Origin: Stylophora pistillata
Lineage: Eukaryota
Assembly (NCBI RefSeq): GCF_002571385.2
Contig: NW_019217852.1
Location: forward strand, 55,071 to 119,070
Direction: 5' to 3'
Length of the DNA: 64,000 bases
Part shown: one piece after another, positions 1-11,800 of the stretch
Position numbering within the stretch: the first letter of the stretch is position 1
How the letters are laid out: every line of letters begins with the position of its first letter
The notes under the pieces: generated by a model
Seen by the model: the letters and a program-made list of their open reading frames with translations, nothing else
The model's database searches: none
Told to the model about the DNA's origin: nothing
Translations under genes and position numbers: made by a program

Positions 1-2190
1 TTTTCGCAAAATTTGCCTTCTTAACGGAAGGGAATTAGTACTTCCTCCTGAAAGCTGTAGTGTAGAGGTAATTATTTGAACAAATTCACTTGGCTACCAT
101 CACATCACCCAGTGCGACATATTGATATCTTTAAAACAACACAGTTTCCCTCGAATCAGAGAAAAAAAGTAATTTTGACAGATGTTTCAAGTTGTTACTT
201 TCATAAGATAAAGGGAGAAATTTCCCGTTATTTCATCATTATTTATTCATGTGATGCTAGAAATTTAAGTTTGACAAAAACGTCATTTTGGAAAAAAAGA
301 TCGCGCTGTTTTCCTGGAAATAATAATCAGGGAAATTGTAAAAGATTACCCGGTGAAAATTGATGTAGCCAAGTGCCTCTGTTAGGATCTCATAAAACAT
401 TTTGACGAAGAGCTAACCACTCTCCCAATGCAGCAAAATTGTCACTCCGATGATTTTCTCGATCTTTTGCTAGCTTTTCCGCCTCCCTTCGGCCAAAGCT
501 CCTCAGGACTACCAATTACTCAGGACTTTTGTTCGATGCTTAATGCAAAAGTTGAGCAGGAACAATGGACCATTTCTTGATACGGTTTGTGGACAGTAAC
601 CATGTAATAAACGGCTTAATCACTATGTTGCTGCGGCCCATAACGTTACGATGGTCCGCGAAGAAGACAAAGTGAAGTGGTGATGACAACGCTCAGATCG
701 ATTGCCACATTGGTCGTCTGCAGTCATGAAGGTTCTCTTAGTACAATCCTCATTTTCTGTTTCAGAAAGAGTATTCTTAATAATTAACTCCTCTTTCAAC
801 GACTCGCAAGACCATGCTCCCGTAGATTATGTTCAGGCTTGTGTTATGCTTCAGTACAATAAACACTGATAAGCGTATTACTCTGTTTCCTTGCTTTGGC
901 TTAAGAAGCTCCATCGATTGAAAAATAATGAGCAGTATACGTATGATGCACGATCCTTCGCAGTAGATAGCGCTATTTATGCAATAGCGAAAATCAGACC
1001 TGAAAAAAATCAGGCCTGTACGGGATTCGAACCACTGGCCTTTGCGATACTAGTGCAGCGCTCTACCAATTGAGCTAACAAGCCAACTGGGAGCAGGCCG
1101 TTAACTTGATTCGTAATAAACCCGTGATGATAAATCAGATACAATGAATATATGAAGTCCATATATTTTGTACAGGCCTGATTTTTTTCAGGTCTGATTT
1201 TCGCTATTGCATAAATAGCGCTATCTACTGCGAAGGATCGTGCATCATACGTATACTGCTCATTATTTTTCAATCGATGGAGCTTCTTAAGCCAAAGCAA
1301 GGAAACAGAGTAATACGCTTATCAGTGTTTATTGTACTGAAGCATAACACAAGCCTGAACATAATCTACGGGAGCATGGTCTTGCGAGTCGTTGAAAGAG
1401 GAGTTAATTATTAAGAATACTCTTTCTGAAACAGAAAATGAGGATTGTACTAAGAGAACCTTCATGACTGCAGACGACCAATGTGGCAATCGATCTGAGC
1501 GTTGTCATCACCACTTCACTTTGTCTTCTTCGCGGACCATCGTAACGTTATGGGCCGCAGCAACATAGTGATTAAGCCGTTTATTACATGGTTACTGTCC
1601 ACAAACCGTATCAAGAAATGGTCCATTGTTCCTGCTCAACTTTTGCATTAAGCATCGAACAAAAGTCCTGAGTAATTGGTAGTCCTGAGGAGCTTTGGCC
1701 GAAGGGAGGCGGAAAAGCTAGCAAAAGATCGAGAAAATCATCGGAGTGACAATTTTGCTGCATTGGGAGAGTGGTTAGCTCTTCGTCAAAATGTTTTATG
1801 AGATCCTAACAGAGGCACTTGGCTACATCAATTTTCACCGGGTAATCTTTTACAATTTCCCTGATTATTATTTCCAGGAAAACAGCGCGATCTTTTTTTC
1901 CAAAATGACGTTTTTGTCAAACTTAAATTTCTAGCATCACATGAATAAATAATGATGAAATAACGGGAAATTTCTCCCTTTATCTTATGAAAGTAACAAC
2001 TTGAAACATCTGTCAAAATTACTTTTTTTCTCTGATTCGAGGGAAACTGTGTTGTTTTAAAGATATCAATATGTCGCACTGGGTGATGTGATGGTAGCCA
2101 AGTGAATTTGTTCAAATAATTACCTCTACACTACAGCTTTCAGGAGGAAGTACTAATTCCCTTCCGTTAAGAAGGCAAATTTTGCGAAAA
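1..2190. repeat. Long inverted repeat (fold-back): arms 1-1021 and 1170-2190, 148 bp spacer
   Basis: Position i pairs with 2191-i wherever checked. ORFs 76..363(+) and 1828..2115(-) translate identically. Pairing stops at 1022/1169. Confidence 0.95.
1012..1084 (-). repeat. tRNA-Thr(AGT)-like pseudo-tRNA / tRNA-derived repeat head
   Basis: Minus strand reads GGCTTGT-TAGCTCAATTGGTAGAGC (A box)...CT-AGT-AT...GGTTCGAATCC (B box)...ACAGGCC. The acceptor stem pairs but the anticodon and T stems are mismatched. An oligo-T run follows. Confidence 0.7.
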
Positions 2191-2394
2191 CTTTTGTTCT
2201 TGTTTTTATAACTAATGTTTTTGTATTTTTTTTATGGATATTGTAGCTAATTAATAAAGAATTTGAATTGAAAGGCTTTTTTTGTTCATTTTCTACGTTT
2301 CTCCCTCTAAATCTAGTGAGGTGAGTTTCAGTACAACTTAATCAGTGGTTTTTGCACGGCGTTTGAACGAGAGATTTTCCATGCCGTCTTAATA

Positions 2395-2692
2395 AATAAA
2401 TAATAATACTAATATAATAATAATAAACAGTTTAACGTGGAGAAACACTTTGCTAGAAGCTAGTTTACAGGTTCTCTACGAAACAACTTAAACAAATGAT
2501 TCAAATTGAAAATAAAGTTTTTAAGAATCCCAACTGGCCGAAGGCAAACCAATTGGCTATATTACAAGCATGGCCTAGGATTTGAAACTCGGGGCTACCG
2601 TGAAACAAATCCAAGTAGTGGAAAAGGCGGGACTTGAACCCAGGAGCGACGGATTGCAAGTCCGATACGCTGACCACTCGACCACGCTGCCT
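2395..2692 (-). mobile_element. tRNA-derived SINE
   Basis: Minus strand has AGGCAGCGTGGTCGAGTGGTCAGCG (A box) and GGGTTCAAGTCCC (B box), then a body and an AT-rich (TTA)n-like tail near 2395-2425. Confidence 0.7.
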
Positions 2693-4994
2693 TCTGTCTT
2701 ATTCCTGAAGAGACTCGTAAGCATCAAAACATATTTATGCAATGAAATCGGTACAACCTGTAGCAGTGCTCAAGTTAAAATTAAAGATTCAGAATTAAAC
2801 CTTTTTTTTGTCATTCTAAGATCATTGACAGAGGTAAACACCGAATATCCTATCAAAAAATGACTGAAAAACATTTTTAGCATTCATGTTAACAGTGACG
2901 CACTTTTCATGAATTTCACGCCAAAGGCTAAAAATTAATCTGGTACTTACTTTACTCAAATTTTGACATGCGACGTTTTGCTGATCACGCTCTCCTTTTA
3001 CCGGATAAAATCATACAAGCCAGCTACCATCTGCTTATTTCCTTTGTGTTCTTCTAAGAAAACCGATTAAATACGCCAGATAAATTTTATAAGCGGCGTT
3101 GTGACACAGAAAACGCTATCAAAGATTCCCTTCTGCATTGAAAATCGGATGAAATGTGTGCCCTCCGTACGAGAGCGAAAACTAGGGACGGAGACAGAGA
3201 CCTCAACGAGAAGCAACCAATAATCTAGCGAGCAAGCAAACTAGCACTGAATTGATAACCACAATCTTGAAACTTAAATCTTTTCTAGAAACTTAAAAAA
3301 TACATCCGGTTACCTTTGTCTTTGCCGGTAAACTTTAACAATGTCCCTCGTAGACCAAATTTTAGAAAAAGAGAATGATCATTTATTTAAAAATTACTCG
3401 AACACGTGTACATGAAACCTTGATTTCAATTCTGCATGAATAAATAAGTTGCTAGATGCTCCTTTCCTTGTCATATAAAGGGACAGTTTGAAACAGCTGT
3501 CAGAATTATTATTTTCACTGAATGATCTGAATTCAATTTTTACCGTTCGATGGCGACTGAAACTGCACATGATGTGGGATAGCTCGTGAGGTATTCAATC
3601 AGGTAGGTGAATTTGTTGTTATACGAGCTCTCTTGGTTTATTTATTCCATTTATCAGGTTTAACTGTAGCAAGTAAAATTATGTACAGGAACCAGAAATG
3701 AATTTTACGTATTCAATCATCTTGCCGAGATAATTCAAGTTAGGAAAGGATGGCGAGTAAAAAACTTAGGGAGCATGAAATGGCTGAGTAAGGTCTATTA
3801 CAAGAAACAAACTAACTCGCCAGCAAAAGCATAAAAAAATATGAAAATGAATCAATGAAAAAAAGTTTGGTATGGGTTCTTCCCATCTTTTCATCAGGTC
3901 CAAGATGTTTATGAATAATCCTTGATGGCCTCTAACATCTATGAGGGTTTTATTAATGAATAGATGCAAAATATGATGATAGAATTGAAAAAAAAAAACA
4001 AAGACAAACAAAACAAAGGAAAAAAACTCAAGTGAAATGTTGATAACTTCCCTTATTTAAGATACCTATATCTTATTAGACGTTTTGTTGTGTATTATCG
4101 CTGATTATTTTTTCTCATTTCGTGACCGGGCGGTATTCTACAAATCCTCATTCGGCCCGCTCCCATTCGGTCCGCTCACAGCGGGCGGTATCCGTTTCGC
4201 TTGATTGACTTGGCCGAACATCTCAAGCTTCGTTTCAATTTTTTCACAAATATATCTCATTTGGTCGGCCGGGGAGAATTTTGAAGCAAAGACTTCGGTC
4301 ACGACGTTTGTATATTGATGTACTGAGACAACTGACCAGAATTCAGCAGAATATTGAGAAGCAAAGTTAGTTAATTAACTTCTGCCAACTGGTTAGGACG
4401 AGCAAAACGTCAGCAACATTTTCTAGTGTCCCTGGTTGCACGTTGTCTTGGACAATTAGTCAAAGAGGTCAGAACAGTGTGAAAAATTCACGAGTGGCCC
4501 TTTTTACGCATTTCTCACTTTTTTTATTTAAATACGATTTTAATTCCCTAAACTTACGAACTGATCTTAAACAATGTTTACGACTGCACGTAACTTGCAT
4601 TCATTTATTTCCCTTTGTTAGGGAAGATGTCTATCAAGTGTAACTGGATTTTCATTGTTGTTTTAAGTAAGTCAGTTCTTCCTAACGAATTTTTAAGAAG
4701 TTGAATTCATTTTTCAGCCGGCCTGGGTCAAATAACTGTTTTTTAATCCCCAATCGATGCCAGTTTTTACGCGAAAAAACATTTTATACCAATTTACTTG
4801 CGTTCACCGAGAATATATTTTAAAGGATTATATGTGTCCAAACATTTTTTATTTCGTGAGTTAAACATCGATCTGTGTCACTTTGCGATTAAATTGTGTG
4901 TGTTATAACAATTTAGTACAACAATTTTCAAAAACTCCAGACTTTTTTTAGCTTTAGTTTGAAGATGTTTCTATTAAGTAAAATAATGTTAATT

Positions 4995-6540
4995 ATAGAC
5001 CTTATTCATAAATGGCCGCCGCGCGGAAACGGACTGGTTTGGAATGCATGAAAGCAAGGCTTGGTAGGCCAGAAAATTCTTGGAGAGCACATTTGTGACC
5101 GTATAATTTCTCAAATAATATTGTTGAAGTAGTCTAAAGTTTTTGAAGATATTGGCAGGAAAAATATTTCTTAGTCACTAAACGGGATATCCCTAAGTTA
5201 AAGAAAAATTTCCGCGTGAAGAGCCTTAGAGATGCCGACAAATTGTTGTGTCCCGCTCTGTACGAAGAAGGACAAGCGGGACAAGGAGACGGGTGAAAAA
5301 ATTTCTTTTTTCCGTTTTCCAGAGAAGGAAAACCAAAAAAAGCGATGGCTTCATGCTATAAGAAGAGATATCGGAGCGAATTTTTCCTTTAATGGGGGAA
5401 GTAGAGTTTGCTCCAGGCATTTCAGGAAAGAAGATTTGCAGAGAAGTCTTAGTGGAAAAGTTAGCCCCACACCAGGAGCTATGCCGAGTCAATTCGTGTG
5501 GAAGCGAAGTTCGCCTCGTAAACGAGCACAACCGACACCACGCTTTACGGCTACAACAGTGACAAAAAAGAAAGCGCTAGAAGTTAGGGAGGCTGTGGAT
5601 TCGTCCACCGAATGCAGCGAAATTATCAGTGAGCATGCTACATCAACAAATATGGCGGACTTAACAGTGGAAATAGAAAACACAACACAGGAGCGTGAGT
5701 GCGGCACTGATTTTGTCGAGAAATCAGGAAAAGATTCATGCATAGCTGAGCTTAAGGACAAAGTTGCCGCAACACCAGCGAATAATGAAGAAGTGGAGAA
5801 AGGGGTTTCAAACCTTAAAGAGAAAGTTGAGGATCTTGAGCGGAAATACGAGAAATGTGAGGAGCGGTTGTTTTCCTTTAAAAAAAATCGCCTCAAATGA
5901 CTCACTAATAGCATTTTACACCGGCTTTCCAAACTACCAAACAATGATGGCCCTGTACGAATTTTTGGATCCTGGTGAGCAGGATGAGAACATCAACTAT
6001 TGGCGGTCTGGAAAAGGTTTTGATGGCACCCCCAAGTCTGTGAAAAAAGGAAGACCACGGATCTTAAAACCAGTGGACGAGTTTCTTCTCACTTTGTGTA
6101 GGTTGAGGCAAGGTTTTGCTGAGTTGCATTCAGCCCAATTATTTAATATTTCTCAGCCAACTGTTAGTCGCATCTTTATCTCCTGGATAAACTTTTTGTA
6201 TTTAAAACTTGGCCATATTAATATCTGGTCATCCAGAGAACTAGTTAATGAGACAATGCCTGATGATTTCACGGCAAAGTATCCTACCACAAAGGTAATC
6301 ATTGACTGCACAGAGGTGCGCTGTGAAATGCCTAGTAGTCTCCTTTTAAATAGTGACCTCTTTAGTTCATATAAGAACCATACCACTTTAAAGGCATTAG
6401 TGGGGATTTCACCTAAAGGGGATTTCACATTTATTGGGCAGCTGTATACTAGAAGCATATCTGACAGGGAAATTGTAGAGCGGAGTGGCTTTTTGAATCT
6501 TCCCTTTTCGAAAGGAAACACTGTGATGGCTGATGTGTGA
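4995..6540 (+). mobile_element. 3'-truncated PIF/Harbinger-related (ISL2EU-like) DNA transposon
   Basis: Probable left end TAGACCTTATTCATAAATGGCCGCC followed by a THAP-HTH-DDE transposase. No right end is visible. Confidence 0.75.
5232..6540 (+). pseudogene. THAP + HTH + DDE_Tnp_4 transposase, frameshifted and truncated
   Basis: THAP motif CCVPLC...FFRFP...W...VCSRHF...P in 5232..5900. HTH (DEFLLTLCRLRQG) and DDE motifs (IIDCTE, YKNHTTLKALVGISP, ISD, VMAD) in 5764..6540. The frame changes at the A-run near 5880 and the ORF stops right after MAD. Confidence 0.85.
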
Positions 6541-6772
6541 TTTTTGTTTTCAGTAATATGCGAAAAATGGGAAATATGATCAAATGCATTCTAGAAGACT
6601 TCTTGAAGAAGACTAGGTCAATTTTTGTTTCAAGCAGAGCGAAGTTGTTCAGCCATCATAGTTTAGGTGAACGTTAATACAGGCTTATAAATAATCGCAG
6701 GCAACGATTCATCACGTTACTGTACAGTACGTGTATATCTTTTTCCTGATTTACGTTTTATACTTGCTACAG

Positions 6773-7105
6773 TGGTAACAATCACGAAGGTATACACCCG
6801 ACAAAGTATCCCCGAATTCAAAACAAGTCATCTACTTCAAGTGGAGAAAGGGCAATACGTGGAAATCAGTCTTAAACTACGCCTACCGCCTCATTTGCCT
6901 GGAGCACCTTGTGCCGATGAGGAATATCTTGAGATCCGTGATGGTTATGATCAGTCTGCCAATCTACTGGGTGTACTTTGTGGAAGGAATTTTCTTCATT
7001 TTATCCGGCGATCCAGTGGACGTAACATGTGGTTAAGATTTTCCGCTCAGCGTAGATACCAGGATGAGTACAGTTACTATGAGGGAAAGGCACTAAATGA
7101 AACAG
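6773..7105 (+). CDS. CUB-domain exon of the LRR-GPCR
   Basis: CADEEYLEIRDGYDQSANLLGVLCG...SSGRNMWLRF is the CUB core. AG acceptor at 6771-72 and GC donor (GCAAGT) at 7106. Confidence 0.8.
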
Positions 7106-7193
7106 GCAAGTGTTGAGAGGGCTCAATTATGTTATACAGTCGGACTGTTATAATTAAACGAAATTGATGAGTGTTTCTCAAATTTGTGTTTAG

Positions 7194-7444
7194 TTCCTAC
7201 AAACATGATGAATGTAGCACAAACTCAGTTTGTCCTGCTCAACCATTCGTCATCTTTGTGGTGCCTGGTAGAAAGTGACCGGCTCCTTATATTGTTTGGA
7301 GAAAGAATGAGACGGTTGTGCAAAACAGCACAAGTGTACGACTCCAAATCAACGTTACTGAAGAAGAAAGAAATACAAAGTACAGCTGCGAGGTGGACGA
7401 TCATGGTCAGTTGCAGAAGAAAAACATAAGCCTTGTTGTCGAAA
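7194..7444 (+). CDS. Immunoglobulin-domain exon of the LRR-GPCR (1 bp frameshift near 7278)
   Basis: SSSLWCLVES / PAPYIVWRKNETVVQNST...KYSCEV gives the Ig C-W-YxC pattern split over two frames. AG and GTAAGT boundaries. Confidence 0.8.
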
Positions 7445-7969
7445 GTAAGTTTTTTAAGTTCCATTTTCAAGAGCCTACCAATATCATCTTTCCTATAATA
7501 TAGATAATTCCAACTTGGAAACTTTTTTGTATAGTTTAAACAAATTAAACTTCAGTCATAACTACGGTTAAAGCTTTATCAAATAGGCTTTCGGGATTGT
7601 TTTAAATAATTTTACGTGGGTTCAAGACTATTTCTAGAACAAGAAGTCGTCATCCTCATAAGTCCGAAACACTAACTGTGCAGCAAAATCCTCAGGCGAA
7701 CTCATAATCCAAATTCAGCGAGGAAGTCCACGATAACTCAACTGCAAAATCATGCCTCTATGAGCAAAGCCATGTATACTATGTGTCTTAGCCTATAAAG
7801 ACAGAAAGTGTCGATCTGTAAGGGTGGTAATGAACCATTCATATCGATTTTGACAATTTTTTATCCAATTGATTCTTATCAAGAGATAATTAATATTCTC
7901 TTGTTCTTATACTGGTGACTCTCTGCGTTTTGTAGAAATGCGGAATAAAATTAAAGCATCGTTTGTTAG

Positions 7970-8093
7970 GTTGTCCTCAACCATGTCAATGCAGTGATCT
8001 GAAAGGTAACATGAAAGGCCTAATAAGGGTTGATTGTAAAGAAAAAGGGCTTCCCTCAATTCCACAGAAAATTCCAAGCCCTACAGCAAAACT
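7970..8093 (+). CDS. LRR N-terminal cap exon
   Basis: CPQPCQC...VDCKEKGLPSIPQKIPSPTAKL between AG and GTAAGT. Confidence 0.85.
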
Positions 8094-8820
8094 GTAAGTA
8101 CTTAGGTTAGCAGAGAAGACTAGAATATAGAATATGATCTATTACGATCGAAGATCCTGTTCCTATAAAGACACGCATGTGTTAAAAAACCATATAGGAT
8201 GCAGTTAACTTCAATTTTTGTGGTATATTTCTTATTTATTGTCGTTAGATAAGTAAAAGGGGTGTTTTAAAAATACATCCAGCAACAATTTCGATATTGC
8301 TGTTTTTAAAGGAATGTATATATGAATATCACTTTCATTTGTGAGCAACATTTCAATTACTTTCTTTCTTCTCGTGTTCAGGCGAATGATTACTTATAAA
8401 CGCTGCTGCTGTGAACAAAAGTTAAGTTCATTCACAGCAGCTTAAGATTTGGAATTATTTTTGACAAAAAATTAAGTTATCATTATACTAAAATTGAGGG
8501 ATATTTCTATTTGAATGTATCTAGTCTAGCCCTGGCCCCCTAAAGTTACTTGTTAGTTTTCCGTGGTATTCATGGTTCGCTGATTGACCAAATTGACAAG
8601 GACTCGTCAGACGAAAGTACTATACCAGGGAAATAAAAACAGGCTTTCCAAAGACTCCTTTTGCCACTTATAAGGATACCCAAACGATTATCAGATAATA
8701 CTTACCACCCTATCCGCTTAATGGATAGCAACTTGCTTTAGTCGAAAGCGTATTACTAGAACGTAATCATAGCTGGCAGCCAAGTCCTTACATTTCTACG
8801 TTATCCCATGTTGGTTATAG

Positions 8821-11800
8821 GGACTTATCAAGAAATCAGATAGAGTCAATACTGCCAGGAGTTTTTGATAGCCTGACTAAGCTCAGTATCCTGTAAGTAG
8901 TCTTTTCGGTGTAATTTCACTGACGTGTGCGACTTAATGTTTAAAATTTTGATGTAAGCAAAACAATTAAAAGATTTTTTTCGAGGACTCTTCTCGCCAC
9001 ACATAAGCATACTTAAAAAAAACACTATGTCATAATCACCAACCTATTTTTTAAATGAATAATAACTGCTACTCCATGAGAACACATCGCTAATACCCAT
9101 TTCATGTCCATCAGCTAATAAGTGAGACTTCTATGATGTTCTATTTCGGTAACAGGGACTTGTCAAAAAGTTCGATAAAGACATTACCACCAAGAGTTTT
9201 TAATCACTTGACTCAGCTAGGAGAGCTGTAAGTAGTTTTTTTAGTGCATATGTAATTCCGCTGACGCTTATCAGTATCACGGACGCAGTCTCATGTTTGA
9301 AAATCTCATGTGACAAAAAAACTAGGGACTGCTCTCGCCACATATGAAAATACCCAAGAGAATACTATGTCAATTTCATTCCCAAATTAATGTAGAGCTA
9401 CTCGCCTTCTTTAACGTCTCATGGCTAGGACCTTAATAATAGATGGCAGCTAAGACCTAACACTTCTGCTATTCCCTCTATTGTTTACAGGGACTTTTCA
9501 GAAAATCTGATTGAGACATTACCGCCAGGAGTTTTTAATAACTTGAGTGCACTTTATAAGCTGTAAGTAGTTCTCTAGATACAAATTTAATTCTACTGAC
9601 GCGAGCAATCTCATATTTAAAAATGCCATCTGTACATCTTTTGTTTACATAAAGCGCTTCTTTGCATTCCTTATGTTCGATTGATCACCAGACAGGGCCT
9701 TAAGGTGCTTGAACCAAGGAAACCCACCGATCCTTCATTCAGTCCTATATTTCCCTGTCCCTTAAGATGACAGGCGACGAACTTCTCAGTTCTCAGAGCT
9801 TCTCTGTTCTCAGTAACTGATTAGCCGCCGAAAATTTCTCTCCTCTGGCAAGTCATCGATGACTACTGATTGTCTTCTGTAGTTTCAATTTGCATTTTCG
9901 CAAACGTGTTGTAAATACTTCCTTCGTGAAAGTTGAAGTTCAGTAAGAGTCCACTGTAAAAATCATAAAGAGCACCATGCTAAATTCCAAAAGTGCAGAG
10001 CTATACTGGCCCATAGAGATATTAGTGTCCCAAAGGCGTCAGGAACTACCTATTGAAGGCAACTTCAACCAGGAACAACCCCATTAAATGTGATGATCTA
10101 AAACATTAGCAGCAAAGATCAAAGTTTCATGGTACCAAGAGATAGTAACCTCAAAGCTGACACCATATACAACAGGCTTCCCAGAGTTACGGAATCTATG
10201 CGGAATATGAGCGGTCCTAGTGCCACAAACCTTTTTTCCCAAATGCACTCCCTCTCAGAGATTGCGTCGGTTGGTTAAAAAAGTGAAAAGGACAAAAGAA
10301 GAAAGGAAAAAAGGAAAGGAATATTGACTTCATGAAAAGCCTAAACGCTAAGTAACAATATCTAGTTTCGAGGCACATTCCTTCGGTGACTCAAATGAAG
10401 ATAAACGTTCTCGAAAGTTGTGGAAACAATATCTGTTTCTAATAAATTCTTAGTCAAATTATTCTAAATCAAGTCGTGATATGGAATTTAATCCGATATT
10501 AAAAGTTGCTTGAATGTAGTAAAAAGATACAAAGTTTTATTAGAGATTTGTATTCGTGCAAAAATCCAGCTGGTGGCAGATATGAATGATATGGAAGCAT
10601 TCCACCAAGGCCTGCGAGAGAGGCAGCTCTAAAAAAATGGGCAGCACACATTTCATTGCAGCAAATGGGTTGACACTTCTGCAAGAGAAAGAAGGACTAC
10701 TGGACAGATTTTCTGACCACTTCAACCAACTACTCAATGTATCAGGGCCCTTGGATAAAGCAGCAAAAGAAGAACAAAGAGAGACCTATAGTTATCGAGT
10801 TAGAGGAGGAGCCTACGGTTGAAAAACTTCTGTCAGCAATCAAGGAATGCATTTCGGCTTCACATACTAACACTGCAAATCTGGAGGTGTGAAGATGTTC
10901 CACAAGGATGGAAAGCCACTAAAATAGTACTATATTCAAGAAGGCAATAGGAAGAATTGTGGGAACTATCGTGGTCTATCTCTACTCTTAATTATCAACA
11001 AAATGCTCTCGCGTATCCTCTTAAACAGACTCAACTTGCACATAACATCACAAAATACGACCAGATTCAGTGTGGCTTCAAGAGTGGCGGGAGCACAATG
11101 ATCGTGATTTTCTACCTACGTCAGATGCAGGAAAGGAAAAATGTATCGAACGCAACCTGCCTCCTTTACATAGTGTTCATCGACTTTCGGAAACCCTTTG
11201 ACAATGTNTGCTTGAATGTAGTAAAAAGATATAAGGTTTTATTAGAAATTTTTATTCGTGCAAAAATCCAGCTGGTGGCAGACATGAATGATATGAAAGC
11301 ATTCCACCAAGGCCTGCGAAAGACGCAGCTCTAAAAAAATGGGCAGCACACATTTCATTGCAGCAAATTGGTTGACACTTCTGCAAGAGAAAGAAGGACT
11401 ACTGGACAGATTTTCTGACCACTTCAACCAACTACTCAATGTACCAGGGCCCTTGGATACAGCAGCAGAAGAAGAACAAAGAGAGACCTATAGTTATCGA
11501 GTTAGAGGAGGAGCCTACGGTTGAAAAACCTCTGTCAGCAATCAAGGAATGCATTTCGGCTTCACATAATAACACTGCAAATCTGGAGGTGTGAAGATGT
11601 TCCACAAGGATGGAAAGCCACTAAAATAGTACTATATTCAAGGAGGCAATAGGAAGAATTGTGGGAACTATCGTAGTCTATCTCTATTCTTAATTATCAA
11701 CAAAATGCTCTAGCGTATCCTCTTAAACAGACTCAACTTACACATAACATCACAAAATACGACCAGATTCAGTGTGGCTTCAAGAGTGGCGGGAGCACAA

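Noticed and set aside
1012-1084. Functional tRNA-Thr gene
   Set aside because: The anticodon and T stems are mispaired and it sits in repeat context.
76-2115. Identical 95 aa ORFs on opposite strands and the 891/1010 ORF pair
   Set aside because: They are by-products of the palindrome and show no recognisable domain or splice support.
4120-4450. GC-richer patch with GGGCGGTAT repeats, possibly a promoter or TE remnant
   Set aside because: No termini, TSD or transcript evidence could be defined.
5226-6521. Minus-strand ORFs over the transposase (likewise over the Gypsy, 7TM and channel exons)
   Set aside because: They are antisense shadows of real coding sequence.
6701-6726. Micro-exon upstream of the CUB exon
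   Set aside because: It would need a 46 bp intron and gives an immediate stop in that phase.
8821-9562. Regularly spaced repeats resembling a CRISPR-like array
   Set aside because: These are eukaryotic LRR exons with splice sites. There are no short identical repeats and no cas genes.
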